A stretch of DNA of 63,273 bases, counting the filler, from Olpidium bornovanus S191 (taxonomy: Eukaryota; Fungi; Olpidiomycota): the NCBI GenBank assembly GCA_017911155.1. It is 30 parts of 30 records of this genome, joined end to end, with 100 filler letters (N's around TTAATTAATTAA, not from the genome) between each part and the next. Parts side by side here need not be neighbours in the genome. Positions count along the whole stretch, not along the records: positions 10,842 to 12,789 come from JAEFCI010004089.1; positions 12,890 to 17,382 come from JAEFCI010006924.1; positions 17,483 to 18,707 come from JAEFCI010011698.1; positions 18,808 to 20,515 come from JAEFCI010008516.1; positions 20,616 to 23,355 come from JAEFCI010006437.1; 25 more parts are not named here. One strand, 5' to 3'. A program made the translations under genes and the position numbers. The notes under the pieces were generated by a model. The model was not told the origin of the DNA and ran no database searches. It saw only the letters and a program-made list of their open reading frames with translations. Of the stretch, positions 10,842-20,981 are shown in pieces. Each line of letters begins with the position of its first letter. The stretch's first letter is position 1.

Positions 10842-11813
10842 ACGATTCCTGGATTTGCGTCTTTCGCAGCAGCACTCGCCGTCCGAGTGCGTGAACCCCC
10901 TCACCGCGACAGAGCTTGCGGTGATTTTCCGGACGCTGGCGGCCAGTTGCGCGTCGGCCATGAGGGCTGCCGCTGCCGAACTGCCGGCTGACGGCGATGG
11001 ATGCGGCGCGGCCGAGAAACCGGGTCGTCCCGAAGACTGCCCCTCGCATTTGGATGCGCTGGAGACGGCGGAGCGAGACTCGGCCTTGTTTACGGCTTTG
11101 ATCATTGTTCTCGAATGTCTCGGAACGGTCACCATGGACAGCAGCGAGGCACTCGTGTCGGCGGTCATTGATGCTGGAGCTGTCGGGTGCGCTATCGGTG
11201 AGTGGTCAACGGGTCATCAAAGAAACCCAACGTGTCCAATAGCCGATTTCTTCCCTAACCGCGCGCTGACATCGGCGGTTCAATCAGACTTGCTCGCGTG
11301 CGCTCACGCGACGCTTCCCCGCTCTACGAAGGCGTCTCCCGACATTGGCAAGGCCAACAGCTTCTCTTCCCGGATGTCCGTCCTGCGCGGCCTGAAGCGA
11401 GACCTTGTCAGGATGATCGGAAACCTCTCGTGCGGACGTGCGGCGGTTCAGGACGAAGTGCGCGAGAAGGGCGGACTCGGCCTGGTGCTGGAAATGTGTA
11501 ACATAGATGACAACAACCCTTGTACGTCTTCGCCCGGTTTATTCCGGTTATGCAGCGGTGTTCGCGCTGTCGCACAACGTCGGCCACTGACGCGTCGACG
11601 GCCGCGTCGAACGCTATATGATTCGTAGACATTCGGGAGTACGCGCTCGTGGCGGTGCGCCACCTGCTGGAAAACAATGAGGCCAATCAGACCGTCGTCC
11701 GGGAGCTGAGGCCCCTCGCTCCCGCGCAGCATCCGGCCCTTCAAGAGATTGGCCTCGAGATCCGGTTGGACGCAGACGGCAAAGCGCGCGTCGGCCTTCC
11801 GGACCGGCGCTAA
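10842..11813 (+). CDS. ATXN10: Ataxin-10 / Ctr86-like ARM protein, C-terminal part
   Basis: Exons 10842-11197, 11288-11521, 11629-11813: GLKRDLVRMIGNL..VQDEVREKGGLGLVLEMCNIDDNNP|YIREYALVAVRHLLENNEANQ. Confidence 0.9.
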
Positions 11814-12176
11814 GCCGATTTTTTTGCGACGGCGAACTAATTGGAAAAAAGCTTCAACCAAGGACTTCCATTCCATACCCCACGCCTCGATTCTGCACAT
11901 CCGCACTAAACGTGAGAACACCTGTGTAACATAATGAGATTCTCCACGTTTTGGCGAGAATTTTTCGATATTGTTTATCTTGTCCGCGCTTCCGTCGCAA
12001 GCATCGTTTTCCCTCGGGCGGATCAGAAAAATTCGACCTGTCTGGGAGAGACCCCTACCGGCAGGAAAACTCCGCGCGTCTTTGCGATCGGCAGGATCGG
12101 CTGCGGCGCGACAAGGCACTCGCAGCACGGACACGGGAAACGGATCACCAGCGGCGGGACAAGGCGGCAGTATTTG

Positions 12177-12673
12177 TCACACGTTCTTGTACAGGCCGTG
12201 CTCCGCGATGTAATTTACGACAGAGCTGGCTGTGAGGTATCGTACGGAAAGTCCCCTTTTGATGAATAATCTGCAAAAACGGAAAATTCGCGTTTCAGCG
12301 CCACGCTCGCCGGCGCGCCGCTGTTTCTCACCACGGAAACGTAAAGGGATCACCAGAAAGAGAGGGAGGGAGAGAGGTAGAGACGACGAACGTTGCGCTC
12401 ACCGTATTTTGGTCGAGCTGACGTCGTTTATGATGTGCTGCTTGACCACGTAAACATTGCGCTGCCAGTTCCCCCCCCCCCAAGATCGCAGCACAGAACG
12501 CAGTCGATGATTACGACCGCGAAGAGGCACGTTTTCTCGGAAAACGGGGCCCCCCGGCCGGGAATGCTGACCTTATGCTGGTAGAGAGCCGAGTGGTTGA
12601 GGATCAAAAAGTGGACGTCGACGTCCTCGCGCTCGATGACGACGCAGCCGTACTTGTCCAGGATGTGGTGCAG
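12177..12673 (-). CDS. NMA1: Nicotinamide mononucleotide adenylyltransferase, C-terminal exons
   Basis: Exons 12673-12572, 12461-12403, 12270-12177: ILDKYGCVVIER..LYQHK|RNVYVVKQHIINDVSSTKIR|LFIKRGLSVRYL..VVNYIAEHGLY. Confidence 0.93.
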
Positions 12674-13040
12674 CTGTGGCCCAGCCCCGCAGGTTTAGAG
12701 GATCAGGCGCCCGAAATCAGGCGTCCGTCGCCCCCCCCCCCCCCCCCCCCCCCCACCAAAACCCCCCCCCCCCCCCCCCCGCACCTCCCNNNNNNNNNNN
12801 NNNNNNNNNNNNNNNNNNNNNNNNNNNNNNNNNTTAATTAATTAANNNNNNNNNNNNNNNNNNNNNNNNNNNNNNNNNNNNNNNNNNNNAATATTCGTGT
12901 AGAGGAATGGTATGGAGGGATGGGGTAGAGGGATGAGGTGCGAGGAATCCTGGATTCCTCGCTTTATTTATACCCGTGAGCTCCCCCTTTTATTTCTCTC
13001 CGTCTACATGGAAAAACCCGCCGGAATCCGTCAGAATCTT

Positions 13041-15837
13041 CTAGAACTTTCCTCCCTTTCCGGGTGTGCTCGGGACCCTGCCCCGTTCCCCCCTGCTCCC
13101 TTTCCCCCATTTTGGGGCCACGGGGGTTTTCCCCTGTGCCCCGTGCCCCTTGCGCACAGGCACGGGGCACAGGGGAAAACCCCTGAACGCGCCACCCCCC
13201 TGGCAGAAACCAGGATTCCGCAGCCTGCATGCGATTCCCGTAATCCGCATGCTCTCCCGGCATTCGCACCGCGCGGTTCTGTCTCTTGTGACGCTTTTGT
13301 TGCATTCTGCATCGGTCGTTCCTGGGTGACGTCGGGTCATGTGGGAAAATTCCAACAAAGGCAAGTCAACAACTTCCGACGCTATTATATTGCTAACGTT
13401 AGCCGCAGGGGGCGGCGACGGAAGGTTTGGGGGTGCGGTAGTAAGGTGCGGGGCGGCAGCTTGGCCTACCCCCTACGCGCGATGGGCATAGGTGTTCTTT
13501 GGGTGGCCGGGGGCCCTGCAGTCGCCATTGGTGTGCTGCACTGGGAGGTCCCCATGCAGTACGCAGTGCGATTTCTCGTTGAGGATGTCCCCAAGGACAG
13601 GGATCTTGTGAAAGGTGGTGGGGGCCACTCCGCAAGACACCGAGTTCCCATGGCAAGCCATAGATAGAGATAGACCAACGCCCTTACGGGCTATTGTATT
13701 AGCCCGTGAGCTGGTGTCATGCAGTAAGAGGGCGGGCCCAGTGGGTCCCTCGGGGCTGTGTTGGCCCCGAGGCGGTGGCCTCTGGGGCTGTGTTGGCCTT
13801 GGGGGTGGTAAATGACCTATGGTCTGGGTGGGACCCCGGCTCTATCCGGCTCCGCCCCGGAGAGCCGGGATTCCACCCAGGTTCCACATGCCCCCAACAG
13901 AGGCATCACCATTGGCCGGTTTCAGCGCCGCAATCGTCGCCGAGGTGTCGGCAAAGTTGGCAGCATGTGCGGCGGCGTCGGCTCGGGGTTCCCAGCCTGC
14001 AGGGTGTAGGTTTCCACAATGTTCGCGGCGGCATTTGCTGCCAAAGCGGCACTGACGGTGTGCCTTCTTGGCCGGGGGCTCAGCGGTGGCGCTCTCTTGG
14101 GAAGGCTAGGCGTCTGCGTGCAGTTGCGAGCGAGAGATACAGGCAGCATCAGTCACTGTCGTTGGGAGGCCAGCAACAGGAACACCACGCACGTAGGGGT
14201 TTTTAGTTTTTGCCAAATGTTTGAAGCGCTTCATTAGTATAATGCGGGCCTCGCTGAAGGAGTATTTCTCCTCCAGGTTAATATCAGCGGTAATGATTAG
14301 GCCGAAATTTGCAATCATGGGCATAACACAGTCGCGCCAGTCGTTCGCTGCGACTTCAACTGGGTTCCAGCCAGCCGCAGAAGCATACTGGAGGTATGTG
14401 GGGCGATGCCGGCCAATATATTCATCAATTCGTTCTTCGGCACGGTTCCAACGTGTCGTCGTCAGGTCCCGCAGGTATTGACCTGTGGCATTGCCTGATT
14501 CCGTTCCGCCATGCGCACACAGAATGGCCTGTGTGGCATGGATGGCATAATGGACATTGCGTGGGTCGAGGTATGCTCCTGTGACGGGATCAAGGTGAAC
14601 CGCATAGCAGACTCCCTCGGAGAGGCACATCTCCAATTGGCGTTGCAAGAGAGAGCCGGAGACGCGCTTGGCCGCGCATTCTTCAAAAAACGTTTCCAAA
14701 TAGGAACACATGTCGATGCCTTTGCTCAATTTCCCGGGTTAGAGTTTGCCAGACATGGGGTGTGTCGGCAGCTCGCAGGCCGGTGGTGCATGCGCAGGCA
14801 TTGATGACAATGGAACCGGCATGGGAGCCGAGGCAGCAGCCGGCCCAGCTTGAAGGCGCTGCCGTTCAAGCTGGGGCGAAGCGGACGGGTGCGGAGAAGG
14901 GCTCGACGCGCAGGCGGAAGAATGGGACGAGGAGAAGGAAGGCTCAACTCGTAAAGAACAGGCAGCAGAAGGTGCGTACCTTCAGCTGTAGAGGAGGTCG
15001 CGAGTTCAGCCAGCAGACGCTGGAGGGCTGCCTCTTTTTCGCGGATGGCTTGGAGGGCGCGGGCCTGGTCGTTGGCGGCGCGTCGGGTGGCGACAAGGTT
15101 CTCCAGCTTGGCCACACGAGCCTGAGTCTTGGCAACCTCACGAGCGGCATCCTCCCTTTCAGCCATGGCGTCTGCAGTGGCGGTTGAGAGCGGGGGGACC
15201 AGGCTGGTGCACTGGTCGAAGCAAGCGTCGACGGCACAGGCGACGCCGACACAGGTGACGCAGGTGTCGAGGCCGGGGCCGAGGCGGGGGCAGCAACAGG
15301 CAGTGAGGCAGGCGGCGACGCAGGCTTCGAAGCAGGCGTCGAAGGCGCAGGCGACACACGCGGAGGCTCAGGCGACGGTGAGCGAGAGCGGGAGGCAGCG
15401 GAGAGTGCTAAGGATGGCAAACGCGAGGGAGAAGGACTATTAGCTGTTTGTGCGAGCGTCAAAAGCACGTCCAATCCAACTGTTGGCTCCTCTAGCCCGT
15501 TATCGTCCTTATATAGCGCAGAGACCTGGTCGACAGCGCGGCACCAGGTGGACAACGTCAAGGCTTGCTGGTCAAATGGAGTCAGACCTGCAGCGGGGGA
15601 AGAAGGCTGGGAAGACGCACGACGGCGAACCTCCCAGATGGTGGTGCGGGGCTGAAGAGCTCGCGCACTGTTTATTTTTGCAACTGAGGTCGTGCGGGGC
15701 GCAGGTTGCGCCGTTTGCACACAGTTGGGCGAGTGCAGAGTCGCCGAAGAAGAGCCGGCGGTGTCTGCACGCGCAGTTTGGGGAACAAAAGAGGCACAAG
15801 AGATACGCTTACGATTCTCCACTTTGGAAGAGTCCAT
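13041..15837 (-). pseudogene. Degenerate gag-like retroelement ORF (coiled coil, capsid-like region, CCCH and CHHC fingers); no pol seen
   Basis: Pro/Ser-rich segment, then coiled coil MAEREDAAREVAK, then one frame from ~14980 to 13041 with four in-frame stops. Two frameshifts. Gag-like RWNRAEERIDEYIGRH. No introns, CpG-poor. Confidence 0.55.
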
Positions 15838-15839
15838 GG

Positions 15840-16200
15840 TGTCACGGCGGGTGGCCGGAGGCGGCGGAGACGGCACGGCAGGCAGCCGAGGGCGGCGGAG
15901 AGGGCGCCGCAGTGGCCGGAGGCGGCGGAGACGGCTCGGCAGGTGGACGAGGGCGGCGGAGGCGGCACGGCAGGTGGTCGGAGGCGGCGGAGGCGGCGGC
16001 AGGTGGCCGAGGGCGGCGGAGATGGCGCGGCGGTGGCCGGAGGCGGCGCGGTAGGTGGCGAGCGGCGCGGCGAGCGGATGGAGGCGGCGCAGATGGCGAG
16101 GCAGGCGGCCGAAGGCGGCGGAGAGGGCACGGCGCGCGGATGGAGGCGGTGCAGATGGCGCGGCGGGCGCCGCAGGCGGCGGAGAGCATTTGTTGTGGTG
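15840..16200. repeat. GC-rich degenerate minisatellite (ggcggcggag-based units)
   Basis: Repeated ggcggcggag/ggtggccgga/ggcacggc motifs upstream of the gag-like ORF. Confidence 0.75.
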
Positions 16201-16475
16201 TTCGGGTGAGGGCGAAGCGCGAATTCGCCCGTGGGCGCACTCACCGGGGAAGGTTTCTATACCCACCCCCCCCCCCGGGGAAGCCGTCCAGCCCACCGGC
16301 GCGGGCGCTTCGATGGGCTCATCAAAGCGAAGTCGTTACAGGCGCTACCCAGAGCGCATGGGTATAAAGTCGGTACGGGCGATACGGGCGCTCCTGAGAG
16401 CGTGTCAGTTATCACCGGCCAATCCGTCAAAAGAGCACTTCAACGGGCTCTTTGAGGAAAAGCATTTAAGATACG

Positions 16476-17180
16476 GTGTCGAGACAATGGTTGTCGAGAC
16501 GACAGGCAGCACTACCTCTACGTCTAACCTTCGCTACGCAGCGCGTCCCCCACCAGATGTGCTTCCCGTCAAATGATCCACAGCTTCTGTATCACGAACT
16601 GAAAGGGATGAAAATCGTGCTCGAAGAGCGAGGACTTTGGCAACCAGGGATGCGCCTTGAATGCAAGAACAAAAATGGAAAATCCCTGTGGAGAAGGTGA
16701 CGCGTGCTGTGCTCGAAACGTCATGGCTAATCAGCCCAATTTTAAAGTTCAGAAGTGTCTGCTCGAGGAAGTGATAAGGGCACGTGGGCACCAATTTAAT
16801 TTTTATTCAAAATTCCATTGTGAGCTCAACTACATCGAAAACTTCTGGGGTTCTGTCAAGCGCCGCACACGAGATAATTGCGATTACACTTATTCCAGGT
16901 TGTGTGAAATGGTCGGTATTGTTTGGCGTCCAAATTTGCGCAATCAGCAGGTCAACATCATTAACAAAATGTTTTGCCACACACTCCGTAGGTACCGCAG
17001 TCACCTTCTGACATTTCTGTGGAGGAAATCCGTCGGTATGCTCGTCGTCCGTGCCTGTACATGGATGCTTACCACTCTGGTTTGACTGGAAAAGCTGCTG
17101 AACATGCCGTTAAGAAGTACAAATCTCATAGACGGATACCGCACAGTGCTCTGATGGATATTGATATACTCATGCGCTAA
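16476..17180 (+). mobile_element. Tc1/mariner (IS630-like, DDE) transposase C-terminal remnant, frameshifted
   Basis: QMCFP..KGMKIVLEERGLW, CCARNVMANQPNFKVQKCLLEEVIRARGHQFNFYSKFHCELNYIENFWGSVKR, MDAYHSGLTGKAAEHAVKKYKSHRRIP; TAA at 17178-17180. Confidence 0.88.
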
Positions 17181-17691
17181 TACGGTACAGCAGCTACAAG
17201 ATTTTTGAGCGTAAAGTATGCAATGACGTCACTGATGAGGCGGCCAAATGTCGGGTTTTCTCATGTGAGCTCCATACAAAATCTCGATGACTTTGAAATG
17301 CTACTGCTCTGTGAAAAATTGACGAAATGGAAAACAGCTTCCGTAGTTTTGTTCAGAAAGGCTAGCTCTGCAAGACTACAGANNNNNNNNNNNNNNNNNN
17401 NNNNNNNNNNNNNNNNNNNNNNNNNNTTAATTAATTAANNNNNNNNNNNNNNNNNNNNNNNNNNNNNNNNNNNNNNNNNNNNCCTCCGCAGGTTCTGCAA
17501 AGAGCACCGGTTCTCCCCGGAGACAACTTCGGCCCTTTTTTCCATCTTAAAATCGGTGCACGAGAGATGCACCGGTACGCACAGCGGCCAACCCCCCGCC
17601 CCCCCCCCTCTTCCCCCCCCCCCCCCCCCCCCCCCCCCTTTCTCCCTGACCCCCCAGTTGTTTCTAACGGTGCACGTGCTTGAGATTGTAA

Positions 17692-18135
17692 TAGTAAAAG
17701 TCCAGGAGGATCAACGACCGGTCGCTGTCGTCCATCTGGAATGTCGACGAAAGGTACCTGGCAACGAGGCGTATCGAAATGTCATCTGAAGCGCCCTCGA
17801 TGAGCGCTCGCCGCGAGACAGACAAAGGGCCCGCGCGCATGTGTATGCGTGTGTTAAACGGCGCCCTCACCAGGCAGGCTCCGGAAAGAAGGGGAGCGGG
17901 TGGGAGGAGGAGTCGGGGAGGAAGGGGAAGGACGCACTTCAGGGATTCTTGCGGCGTTTTCAGCGACTCATACTCGTAGATCTGGTTGAGGGAGATATCC
18001 TTCCTGCGAGGAAGGGGGAAGGGAACACCAATCGCCTGGAAGTTGAGACCGACGCGGGCCTTGGCAGCTTTTCCCCCTCACTTCCCCCCACCCCACAGCC
18101 CCCCTGCCGTCCTTCCGGGAAGTGGTGCTTACCAG
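17692..18135 (-). CDS. Flagellar C1a-32 family protein (CFAP119/CABCOCO1-like), N-terminal exons
   Basis: Spliced RPKVW|KDISLNQIYEYESLKTPQESLK|YLSSTFQMDDSDRSLILLDFYYYNLK resembles the family's R..ILLD.Y...L motif. Confidence 0.65.
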
Positions 18136-18834
18136 ACTTTGGTCGCCTAGTGGGGGGGGAAGGTGGGGTGTGGGAAGAGGGATTTGCCGGCCGGAGCCGA
18201 ACGAAGGAGAAATGTTTCAGGTGAGGACTGGCGAGGGAACGCGGCGGGGGGAGAAAAAACAGCCTGGGGAAAGAGCTGGGGTCGCAAGGCAATCGAAACC
18301 GGGCCGGGCCGTTACCATTTGTTTGACGTGGGGAAGGGGGCGGATTTTCCGGGGGGTCGGGCGGACGGTTGGGCGCGAGAGTTGGTTGGGTTGGCGATTT
18401 CGGCTTCTGTGCTTCGCGGCGGGTTGAGAAAGGGAAAGACCTCTCGAGCGCGGGTGATTTCTTATATATGCGTATATATCCTTTTTACAGCGCCAAAGGG
18501 CTCGACGAGCACAGCCGCCCTTCTCCCTCCCAGCATCACCCGCACACACGCGCGCGTGCGGGGTCGGGAAGGTTGACGTGTACGCTTCCGGTCGGCGGGG
18601 AAGAGGGGGGAAAAAAAAAAAAAAAAAAAAAAAAACAAAAAAAAATGCCGGTGTGGTGGGAGGAGGTTAAGGCGGGGAATCTCTCCTCTGCTTCTTCTGC
18701 TTCCCCCNNNNNNNNNNNNNNNNNNNNNNNNNNNNNNNNNNNNNNNNNNNNTTAATTAATTAANNNNNNNNNNNNNNNNNNNNNNNNNNNNNNNNNNNNN
18801 NNNNNNNGGGGGGAAGGCCGCTGACAGGGGGCCC

Positions 18835-19991
18835 GTGTCGCGGCACCCGTCGGTTTCAGGGAACCCCGCGCACTTCGTCCGGCGGCTGAAAGCGGAGGTG
18901 AAGGTCGACGACATTTTCGCGCACCTCCGGATGCTGGAGAAGGTCGCGAAGGACCACCCGTCCGGGTCGCGGTCGATCGCCAACGGCTTCAACGCCAGCG
19001 CCGATTACGTGGTCGCGACGATCCTCGCGGAAGGCGTGCCCTGTCGCCCCTGGAAGCAGCACTTCAAAGTGGGTGTGGCGCCGGTCTTGCGGCGACGGCT
19101 TTCGCGTCCCCCCCGCGCCCTCCTCTTCCCCCCCCCCCCCCCCCCACCCCGGGAACGCGTCGCGCGCCTCTCGGCCTCACGAAGTCGTTTGAGAAGGCGC
19201 CGGTCTGGACCGAACACGCCGTGGGGAACCTTTCTGTCACGTACGGCGGTTCGAGAAGCGCTGTCGCCGGCGACGGCGGCGCGTCCGCGTCCGCGCGTCC
19301 GGCCCCCGGAGAACTCGTGGTGACCTATCAGGGGGGCGTCGACTTCAAATGTGAGGGGCAAACCCGGGGAATGATGGGAAAGACGTCGGAAAAGCTCGCG
19401 TTTCTTCTCTGAGCCGAAACACCCGCGCAACTTCCGAATTTTCCGGCGGGCGCCCGCGCGCTTTCCCACCCCCCCCTCAAGCGATGCGGTACGGGGGCCA
19501 GGCGGGACGCGTGACGAACGCGGCCGTCGTTCCCGTCGCTCGCGGCGGCTGCGGAGGGGACGACGACTACCCGCCGGGCCTCGGCCCCGCCGGAGTCGGC
19601 CGGGTCGGGCCGGCGGCGGTGGCGCTGATCGAGGCGGGCGCCGACCGGCCGTGCACCTTCTTCGACGCGGCCCGCCGCGCGGAGCTGAGGGGGTTCTCGG
19701 CCGTGATTTTCTACAACGACCGGCGGAGGCGCGCCCTCCTGGGCAGCAGGGTCCGCTCCGTTGAGTGGGAATCGGGCGACCCGCTGATGGGGATCCCCGT
19801 GATATCGGCAACGCACTCTCTCGGGTACGCGGCCTTCCACAGCGCCCCTCCCCCGCCCAATCCCGGCCGAGGCGAACTCTCTCTCTCTCGCGCTATCTCT
19901 CTTTCTCTCTTTCTCGCGGGCTCGCGGGCGGCGACTGTTGTTCAGGAACCCGATCTGCAACCGCTTCCACTTCTACCGCGTCGTTAACCAG

Positions 19992-20048
<57 letters not shown>

Positions 20049-20297
20049 CCCCCCCCCCCCCCCCCCCCCCTCCGCAGGTCGACGTTGCGGAAATTTGCCG
20101 AGTCCGATCCGGCAAGCGTCAGGATCAACTTGCAGACGTACACTTCGATCGAGGTGCACACGACGTTTAACGTCCTGTGCGAGATCAACGGGGGCCCGCG
20201 GCCGCTCGCCGAGCAGGAAGTCTTCGACGCCGACGCGCCCGCCAAAGCCGTGGTCGTCGGCTCGCACCTCGACTCCGTCCCGTCCGGACCGGGAATG
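18835..20297 (+). CDS. M28 family aminopeptidase with PA domain (aminopeptidase Y-like), partial
   Basis: IFAHLRMLEKVA..SRSIANGFNASADYV; PA domain ALIEAG..CTF..GFSAVIFYN..IPVISAT; TFNVLCE..VVVGSHLDSVPSGPG (first zinc ligand). Confidence 0.9.
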
Positions 20298-20615
20298 GTA
20301 AGCGAGTGGGGGGGGGGGGTCCAGAGCGCGGAACCCTTTGACACCACCCTCCCCCACCAGGGCCCGGACGCGCGGGGGGCCTTGCTCGTCCGAACAAAAA
20401 CTTGTTTCGGTTTTCAAACCGAAACCCGCGAGGGAAGAAAAAAAAAAAAAAGCAAAAGCGAAACAAAAAAGAAAGCGTCGCGGGGCGCAGACCCGTTTTT
20501 GTGCGCTGCCCGACCNNNNNNNNNNNNNNNNNNNNNNNNNNNNNNNNNNNNNNNNNNNNTTAATTAATTAANNNNNNNNNNNNNNNNNNNNNNNNNNNNN
20601 NNNNNNNNNNNNNNN

Positions 20616-20671
<56 letters not shown>

Positions 20672-20981
20672 CCCCCCCCCCCCCCCCCCCCCCCCCCCCT
20701 TCCCCCCTTCCCCCCGCGCGCCCCGCGTCCGGCGCCGCCGAACCGTGGGCGGCTTCCCCGTTCGCACGCTGGTCCGCTGCCAGGCCGCGTGCGCTGCGCA
20801 CTCCACCCGTCAACTCCGGCGCTGTGAGCAGGCGCGCGTAAAGTACTCCCCGACTCGCCTGGCCCTTGTCGCCGCGATCGTTTGCGGATCGGCAGCTCGC
20901 TCGGGTCAACAACAACAACAACAACAACAAAAAAAAAAAATAAAAATAAAAAAAGATCGCCGTCCGGGACGGACGGACGCG

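Noticed and set aside
7494-12673. NAD kinase and NMNAT as a NAD metabolic cluster, with the ART-like ORF nearby
   Set aside because: They are on different contigs separated by artificial linkers; the order is arbitrary.
14729-14735. G GGA AAT -1 slippery heptamer joining ORFs 15166-14726 and 14729-14106
   Set aside because: The downstream frame is already open from ~14980 apart from one TAA at 14741, and reads as a plausible linker. A point nonsense mutation plus an upstream indel is simpler, and no convincing stimulatory structure follows.
13473-14741. Host genetic code with TAA/TAG = Gln
   Set aside because: Host genes here end in TAA (ataxin-10, ZW10), TAG (CASTOR-like) and TGA (NMNAT, PITHD1) at homologous C-termini.
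12968-16368. 15/17 inverted match (12968-12984 versus 16352-16368) as DIRS-like terminal repeats
   Set aside because: Similarity does not extend in either direction; too short to support.
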